This document shows, in pieces, positions 56,320 through 64,000 of a stretch of 64,000 nt of DNA. Within the stretch, counting starts at the first letter, position 1, and each line of letters begins with the position of its first letter. Made by a program: the position numbers and the translations under genes. Origin of the DNA: Selaginella moellendorffii (Eukaryota > Plantae > Lycopodiophyta); contig NW_003314360.1 in NCBI RefSeq assembly GCF_000143415.4, positions 488,595 through 552,594 on the forward strand. The letters run 5' to 3'. Under the pieces are notes generated by a model. That model ran no database searches, had not been told where the DNA came from, and saw only the letters and a program-made list of their open reading frames with translations.

Positions 56320-58064
56320 ATGGAGGCACTGTCGTCGAGGGCGCTGGTGCTCGAGCACCACCATGTCAATCACAATGTCTTGCTGTGGCAACAACGGCCA
56401 TGGAGGGCGCCTCAATCGGCGGCCCTGCTATCCGTGGCGCACTCGGCATTGAGGCGCACAAAAGCCAGGCTGTGGCGATGGCCATCGTCGTCGTGCCGGG
56501 TGAGTAACTTGTTTTGCTGCTTACAAATCTTCATAGATTTGATCTCAACTCTAGAGACGACACAATTGGACAGGATTTGCTTGTCGCAGCTGCCACCAGT
56601 GCGTCTTGCTTGGCCTCGGCTTCTTCTTCTTCTTCCACAGCCGAGTTTGGTGACCAAAACCACCAAAGCCATGATGCAGCAGCGCCGCCATCGCAGCGGC
56701 AATCGGAGCTAGGAGAGAGTGCTGCCGACCTGCAAACTTCGAAGGAGTCGCAAACTGCCCCGCAAAAGATGTGAGTCTCCTCGACTTTTGTTTGTGGAGC
56801 TCTAAGCTCTGAAATGCATGCACAGGGTGTAACGATTATATGATGTCTCGGCACTGGCAGGCCGACCAGAAACCTTCAAGCCGCGGGGATCATCTCGGGA
56901 ATCACACTCGTGGGAACAATAGCCGCCGTTTCCTTCACGCTCGCCAGCGGAGGTCCGGCCGCGCTTGCCGCAGCGATCTCCAAGTCGGGATTCTATGCTG
57001 CCTTTGCGTTGATTTTTGTGTCGGAGATTGGCGACAAGGCAAGTTTTCTTCTTTCGGGTGCGCAGGATTCTGAGCTGGTTGCGTTGTGCACAGACGTTCT
57101 TCATCGCCGCATTGCTGGCCATGAGACACTCTCGAGGACTGGTGAGTTTAATTGATCAGAGAGTGTTTGTATGATATGATTGAGTGAGAACTTGATCCAT
57201 GGTGATCGATCAGGTGCTGCTGGGCTCAATGGGTGCACTTAGCCTCATGACCGTCATCTCGGTTGTCATCGGGAGGCTTTTCCAACGCGTGCCGGCACAA
57301 CTACAGACTTGTAAGCCTCTTCTCTCGCTCTCTCGTGTTTATGTTTTGGATTTCATTCGCGAGTGATCCCGGCCAGCTTTGCCAATTGGTGAGTATGCCG
57401 CTGTGGCGCTCCTCATCCTCTTTGGCCTGAAAGCAATCAAAGAGGCGTGGGAGCTACCGTCAGCCCCCGCTGATGCACCGGATGCGGCAGCTGACTCGGG
57501 CGAGCTTGCGGAAGCGGAACAAGTTGTCAAGCAAGTCCAGGTGTGTAAACTTCCTCTCGGCTCTCTGGGGTTCTAACCTTTCAACTCGGAGTAGTGCAGG
57601 CTGACAAGAAGTTGAGCACTCCGCTGACAATACTCGGAGAAACATTCAGCCTGGTCTTCCTAGCCGTGAGTTTTGGTTTCTCTGATTAAGCTCCGCCGGG
57701 ACTTACATGCATGCATGTCTCAGGAATGGGGGGATCGATCGATGCTGGCCACAGTCGCCCTGGGTGCCGCTCAAGTAAGTGTGGCGTGATCTTCATGTAC
57801 TCAAGGTGTTTGCTTGCTTGCACAACAGTCTCCATGGGGCGTGGCGTCGGGGGCAATCCTGGGACATACGCTCGCAACGTTGCTGGCTGTGCTTGGCGGC
57901 GCACTTCTAGCTCGATATATCTCCGAGAAAGTGGTACGTTTTTGGTGTGGCTAGACGAAGATCTCAGCTTACTAGCGTGTGGGCTTGTAACACACCAGGT
58001 TGGCTACACGGGCGGAGTCCTCTTTCTTGTGTTTGCGGCCGCGACTCTGCTGGGAGCATTCTAG
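56320..58064 (+). CDS. CMT1: UPF0016/GDT1-family chloroplast Mn transporter, CMT1/PAM71-HL type (multi-exon)
   Basis: SEIGDKTFF and AEWGDRSML motifs, VPAQLQT.LPIGEYAA, transit-peptide-like N-terminus. One GC-AG intron at ~57039. Confidence 0.88.
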
Positions 58065-58183
58065 CCTGAAAGTTTTGTTTTGTACTCCCTTTCTCCCTTT
58101 GAATCACAATGAGAATTATTTAGGGCTCATCAGTCACTGTTTCTAGGGCGCAGCAAAGGAGATCCATTGTGGAGGTACTCGAG

Positions 58184-61100
58184 ATGAGTAGAAGCAGTGA
58201 TGTGGGAGCTCGATCTCCTCCTCTTCCCTTCAATCCATACCAGCAGCAGCAGCAGCGCTATCCCCCAATGGCGCCACCAGCTGCTGATTTCCCACCACCT
58301 CAATTCTTTCCCAGGCCGCCGCTCTCCAATCCTCCTCTAGATCCTACTCCGCCGCCACCACCACCACAGCAGCTCTATTCCAGGCCGCCATCCTCGATGC
58401 TCTCCACTCCACCTCCTCCGATCCCATCCAAGGCACCGCCCTTCGCATCGCCTCCTCCATTTGCAGCGCCCCACCAATTCCAAGGACTCCAAGGACCTCC
58501 TCCTTCTCATCCTCCTCCTCCTCCCCAGGCTCCCTACTTTGGTGGATCACCAGCGTACCAGCAGCAGCAGCAGCAGCCATTGCCACCGCCATCGCAGGGA
58601 TACTTCGCAGGGATAGCGCCACCACTTCCTGGCGTTGCTGCTCCTCCAGGCCATGACATTGCCGACGAGTTCGAGTCTCTATCCATCTCATCAGCTCCTG
58701 GAACTGCTGCCGACGTCAAAGTAGAAGCGCTTCCCAGGCCTCCTCCGGATTCGTGTGACACCTTTGCGCAACCGGCGTGGTCGAATTGTCACCCGAGGTA
58801 CTTTGAGCTCACCACCAACGCCATCCCAGCATCACACTCGCTTGCTGCTCGCTGGCACCTTCCCCTGGGAGCTGTGATTCATCCACTCGCCGAGGCACCT
58901 CCCGAGGTAATAGACAAAGTTTCCTTTTTTTCTCTCTTGCTCTCTCTTTCTCTCGCTCTCTCATTCTCCTTTCTCTCGTCTCTAACCAACGTAGAAGCTG
59001 TGCAAAACTAGGAACAAGTGCCCGTCGTTGATTTTGGAACGTCTGGTATTGTGAGGTGCCGCAGGTGCCGGACTTACATCAACCCGTATGACAAGTTTAC
59101 TGATGGCGGCAAGTATTTCCGCTGTGCGATATGCAACCTTCTCAACGACGGTAAAGCAGGCGTTTCATTCTCACAAAGGAATCTCATGTTGTTGCTTGTG
59201 TTTCCAGTGCCCATGGACTACGTGTGTGCCCTGGATGAACAAGGAAAAAGGAGGGATGCTATGGATCGGCCAGAGCTCAGTCAGGGCAGTGTTGACTTCG
59301 TTGCCCCGATGGAGTATATGGTCCGTCCACCAATGCCCCCGGTCTACTTTTTCCTGATTGATGTGTCGATCACGGCAGTGAGATCGGGCATTCTACAGGT
59401 ATTATACCTTGCAGCAGCATAGACTATTTACCGAATCCTTCTTCTCCAGATCGCTGCCGATACAATCAAATCTTGTCTTGACAAGCTTCCAGGCTACCCG
59501 AGGACTCAAATAGGCTTTTTGACGTTCGATAGTACTCTTCATTTCTACAGTCTCAAGGTAAGCACGTTTCTATGGCGTCTTTGGTTTAACTTGGTTTTGC
59601 AGTCTTCGCTTACTCAACCTCAAATGGTGGTTTTGGCACAAGTGGACGACCCGTTTTTACCAATGCCCGACGACCTTCTCGTCAACTTATCTGAATCTCG
59701 CCTTGTAGTTGAAGCTCTGCTGGATAGTTTGCCATCTATTTTTGCCAACAATGAAAACGTGGAGTCTGCCCTTGGTCCTGCTCTGGAGGCTACCACATCG
59801 ATAATGGTTCGCCCCTTTGATTTTGTTGTCTATTGCTAACTAGGCCGATGGTATCTGTCAGAGTGAAATTGGAGGAAAGCTGCTTATCTTTCAGAGCACG
59901 CTGCCCTCTCTTGGCGTTGGCCGCCTAAAGCTCAGAGGACAAGAAGCTCATGTCTATCAAACGGACCGCGAGCCCGCTTTGCGGGTGGCAGAGGACTCGT
60001 TTTACAAGCAAATGGCGGCCAAGTGCTCCAAGCTGCAAATCGGTGTGAATGTGTATGCATTCTCGGAGAAGTACACCGATGTGGCGTCCTTGGGTAAAAA
60101 CGTTGTCTTGTCTGGTTGCTCAACCATAAGTCGTACTTGTTCCACAGGTACTCTTGCAAAGTACACCGGCGGTCAGGTTTGCTATTACCCGGGATTCCAC
60201 GCTGCCGTCGACGGAGAGAAGCTGACGTACGATCTCTCAAGGGACTTGACGAGAGAAACGGCTTGGGAAGCCGTGATGCGGATTCGTTGTGGAAAAGGTA
60301 ATGCCTTACGTCGCTGTTTTACATGGTGTCATCTTGGTTTTGCTACAGGAATAAAGTATTCCGTGTTTCATGGCCACTTCATGCTCCGGAGCTCCGACTT
60401 GCTAGCTCTTCCGGCCGTGGACTGTGACAAGGCCTTCTCGGTGCAGTTTGCTTTGGAAGACACTTTGCTGACGTCCCAGCTGGCATACTTTCAAGTCGCT
60501 CTGCTGTAAGCTCGAATCTCTTGTGCGTGTGATATCATACTCAGCTCCTTGTTCCTTTACAGGTACACGTCGTCCTCGGGAGAACGGCGAATAAGAGTGC
60601 ACACGGCTGCCGTTCCAATTGTGCAGGAGCTGAGCGTCATGTATAAAGAGGCGAGCATTGGTGCTGTTGTTGGGGTGCTCAGCAGACTTGGTAAGCGCCG
60701 GCATACGTTTCGAGCTAAAACAATGTGCTGTTTTGTTGCAGCCGTGGAGAAATCACTGAATGATAAGCTGGAGAATGCTCGGCAATACGTGCATGTAAAG
60801 ATGGTGAATGCGCTGCGGGAGTACAAGAACATGTATGCGGTGAAGCATTCACTCATGGGCCGCATCATCTTCCCCGAGTCACTCAAGCTACTGCCTCTCT
60901 ACGTGCTGGCCTTGTCCAAGTCCGTGCCTTTGCGAGGTGGATTCATGGATGCTACACCTGACGAGCGCTCCGCTGCTGGATACCAGATGATGACAATGTC
61001 CCGACCCTCACTCTTGAAACTTCTCTACCCCACGCTGATTCGGCTCGACGAGTATCTCCTACAGGTAATGAGTTGCGTCGATTGGATCGCCAAGAATGAG

Positions 61101-61613
61101 ACAATTGTTTATGCGCAGGGAAGCCGAGGTGGAGGTGTGGACAGTCCACCGCAGCTGCCACCGACGGCGGAAGTTTTGGATCCCCGCGGTGCGTTCGTCA
61201 CCTCGGACGGCCAGCGCTTTGTACTGTGGCTGGGAAACGTGCTCCAACCCGAGTTCGTTGCTGCGATCCTTGGGCCGCAGGTAGCTCACAGCTCCGACCT
61301 GAGAAAGGTGCGCGCGTGTGCTTTTGTTGCTTGCTCTTGGAGCCATATTGACATGATGCTTGTTTCTTGCATACTCCAGGTCCCGGTTGTGGAGCAAGAA
61401 AACGACTTGTCGAAACGCTTCCATGCGCTGCTTGCAAAGTTGCGCAAGCAAAACCGGTGGTGCCACCAACAGTGCGTGGTGGTGCGGCAGGGCGAGTCGA
61501 GCCGGGAGCTCCAGCTCGTTCACTCCAACATGGTGGAGGACCGTGGCGCTGGATTTCCTTCCTACATGGAGTGGATGGTCCAGATCCACAGGCAAGTCCA
61601 GCAGAAGATCTAA
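58184..61613 (+). CDS. SEC24: COPII coat subunit SEC24 (multi-exon)
   Basis: Pro-rich N-terminus, RCRRCRTYINP..C..C zinc finger, YFFLIDVS trunk, WEAVMRIRC, GERRIRVHT. Confidence 0.95.
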
Positions 61614-61683
61614 AGTAACAAAACACTAAGTTAAAAGCTTTGCGTCCATTCAAGAAAAAGCGAGCGAGACTTTCAAGTGTAAA

Positions 61684-61741
61684 GAATATCCACGCGGATG
61701 CTCCATGTATTCGAATATCCGTAGATGCCCGGCGGATATTC
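61684..61741. promoter_or_regulatory. Three P1BS (PHR1-binding) sites upstream of SPX
   Basis: GAATATCC at 61684 and 61713; GGATATTC at 61734. Confidence 0.8.
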
Positions 61742-61922
61742 TCGGCCTTTTGGTTGAAAGAAACGACTGCCCTAGCGAACAAGGACGGAGGTTTATCATT
61801 TTCCGCGCACCAAATCTGTGAGAGAGCGTTGTTTAGATCGATCGGGAATGGTGGCGCGCTGCATTGGTCCCTGTAGTGAGAGCTAGATCACAAGTAGCTG
61901 TGTGTAGCTCTAGAGCAGCAGT

Positions 61923-62956
61923 ATGAAATTCGGGAAGCGGTTAGCTAGCCAGATGGAGGAGACGCTACCCGAGTGGAGGGACAAGTTCCTGTCCTACAAG
62001 CAGCTCAAGAAGCGTCTCAAGCTCATATCGGCGCCGGATTGCTTCACCCAGGCGGCGTTTGAATCCGGCGGTACCAGCCCCGTTCGGGAGGAGAGCGGGA
62101 CATCTGCCGTGGATGTTGCCGTGGACGAGCTCAAGAGATCCGGAGGCGCTGCTGTTGCTGCCATCAAGAGCGAAGCCCTTGAACACGCGGAGGAGCAGCC
62201 ACAGCAGCAGCAGCAGCAGCAACAAGAAGAGTCCGAGTTCACAAGCTTGCTGGAAGTGGAGCTGGACAAGTTCAACACCTTCTTCATGGAGAAGGAGGAG
62301 GAGTATGTGATCCGGCTACAGGCAAGTCTCTCTTTCTTCTCGTCCAAGGATACCTTCATCTTGCTTATGCTTGACGTGATCGCTTCCAAGCAGGAGTTGA
62401 AAGATCGCATCGAGAAGCTCAAGTCCAAGCCTGACGTGACGGGCCTCGATCTGGAGCAGCACGAGGAGCTCATCCAGATAAGGAAGGACATTGTTACGTT
62501 CCATGGCGAGATGGTGCTGCTCTTTAACTACAGCTCGCTCAACTACACAGGTAAATCCATTCATACGCGAGTGACACTCGTAACACTTGCATGGACGCTA
62601 TAGGCCTGGTGAAGATCCTAAAAAAGTATGACAAGCGGACGGGGATGTCTCTCCGCTTGCCCTTCATCCAGGGGGTGCTGCAACAGCCCTTTTTCACGAC
62701 GGAGCTTCTGTCCAAGCTGGTGGAGGAGTGCGAGAGAAATCTGCAAAGCATCTTCCCAGCAGACGAACTCGCGGCCATTACCAAGGCTCCCGAGCAGCCG
62801 GAGCTCACAACCGACGCCGAGGAATGCGATCCGGAGCAAGTGGAGGGCATCTACAGGAGCACCATGGCTGCGCTGCAAACCATCAAGGACTTGCGCAAGG
62901 GAAGTTCCACCTACAGCGCCTTGTCCTTGCCACCGCTCGGCAACAGCGACTCGTGA
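61923..62956 (+). CDS. SPX: SPX-domain-only protein (3 exons)
   Basis: MKFGK..LPEWRDKFLSYKQLKK, ELDKFNTFF, HGEMVLL.NYS.LNYTGLVKILKKYDKRTG. GC-AG intron 62322-62393. Confidence 0.95.
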
Positions 62957-63088
62957 CATAGACACATATATATCATATGATACTCTCCACACCTTGTGTG
63001 TGTGTGTGTGTATAACCATCTTACAATGTCGTCTAATCTAGAGCAAGTTCTCAAAAGCCACAGAATGTCTCTCGGAGCCACTCAGCAT

Positions 63089-63515
63089 TTAGCATCCATG
63101 AACTTCTGCAAAGCACCGCCCAACGTAGTAACACTCGCAGCTCACCATGTCTCCAACCTTGCAAGTCACGTTCCTGATGACAGGAATGGGGCACGGCGGC
63201 GGGCTTTGGCAAACTGGAACATATAGACTCAGTCACAAACCATGATCATTCCAGGAAAAACGATGACTTACACTCGGTAGATTGCAACAATTGCCTGCTC
63301 GTGGGAGCCTGCGCCAGGCGTGGAATCAGCGACAAGGAAATATATTATTCACTTCTAGTTACCTGTGCTGGATCGAGCTTACAGATTCTGCGTCCATGCT
63401 TGATCGTGAGCTTGCGATTTTTACTCACGCTTACTTAACCTGTCAACCCTGAGCAGCACAGTCCTACCAGATTTGCCGCAAGCAGCACTGCCATTGCCAC
63501 CCGCAGCAGTGCCAT
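63089..63515 (-). CDS. Small secreted cysteine-rich peptide (spliced)
   Basis: Signal peptide MALLRVAMAVLLAANL.., pro-region APTSRQLLQSTE, last exon FCQSPPPCPIPVIRNVTCKVGDMVSCECYYVGRCFAEVHGC*. The 5' splicing is ambiguous. Confidence 0.65.
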
Positions 63516-63932
63516 AACTCTAGATTGATTGAGTGCCCAACGTGGTTTCAATGCGGCCGAGTTTTTCAAGCATACTCGACCCCCCGGGTGCCTTGTGGAA
63601 GCGCAAACACCGTGCTCTTGACCTCTCAATCAGGCGTGGAGGCGAGTCCCGCGTATCTTTGGCCACTCACAGGCATTCTTCACTCCACCTGGGAAACATG
63701 ATATCCAAGAATCGAGTGAAATTATATTACCTCACGAATGAATGGTTTTAAACAGAGAGCAGTAGAAGCTAGGCTACAACATTCTCGTTCTTTCTTTTCG
63801 ATGTCTCTGACACTAGGAATGCCTCGCCCACATTGCTGTGATTCCAATCTACCATGAAGTTGTATATAGTCTAGTAGAGTAGAACACCACGAGACGAAAG
63901 AAGTGACGATGCCACAGCAATCACTTTGATGT

Positions 63933-64000
63933 TTACAAGCCAAGAGCACCAAGAGGTGTCAAGCCCTGTCCCGCCTCAAAGTAGAAGATAAGCATGGCGA
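63933..64000 (-). CDS. LHCB6: 3' end of light-harvesting protein CP24 (partial)
   Basis: AMLIFYFEAGQGLTPLGALGL* matches the CP24 C-terminus. Confidence 0.85.
   Translation of the reverse strand, partial: AMLIFYFEAGQGLTPLGALGL

Overview
Compact land-plant nuclear DNA. The very short introns, Selaginella-style PPR proteins, an axonemal dynein p28 gene (flagellated sperm) and an EPF1/2 stomatal peptide suggest a lycophyte such as Selaginella (inference). Housekeeping genes include RTF2, tRNA-Pro(CGG), GME, GRXS17, UBP6, two PPRs (one DYW), DUF2358, RGTA, CDC45, DNALI1/p28, EPF1/2, BAHD, an LRR-RLK XI, two COPTs, CMT1, SEC24, SPX and the 3' end of LHCB6. Two accessory islands interrupt them. (1) 14.2-21.4 kb: an intronless non-RD kinase-ankyrin gene lies head-to-head, across a 435-bp spacer with repeats and five W-boxes, with an intronless MLKL-like gene (helical bundle plus pseudokinase). 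This is a candidate RIPK/MLKL-type two-gene cell-death module and the best candidate for an undescribed system. (2) 44.3-54.6 kb: a Crinkler/RHS-like NTPase+REase locus with one intact gene, an inverted paralogue with a swapped C-terminus, a decayed convergent paralogue and a hAT remnant. I assembled several spliced small genes by hand that the ORF track misses or shows only as fragments: EPF1/2, a secreted Cys-rich peptide, a 5-exon orphan and a THG1 pseudogene. All family calls come from motif recognition, not database searches.
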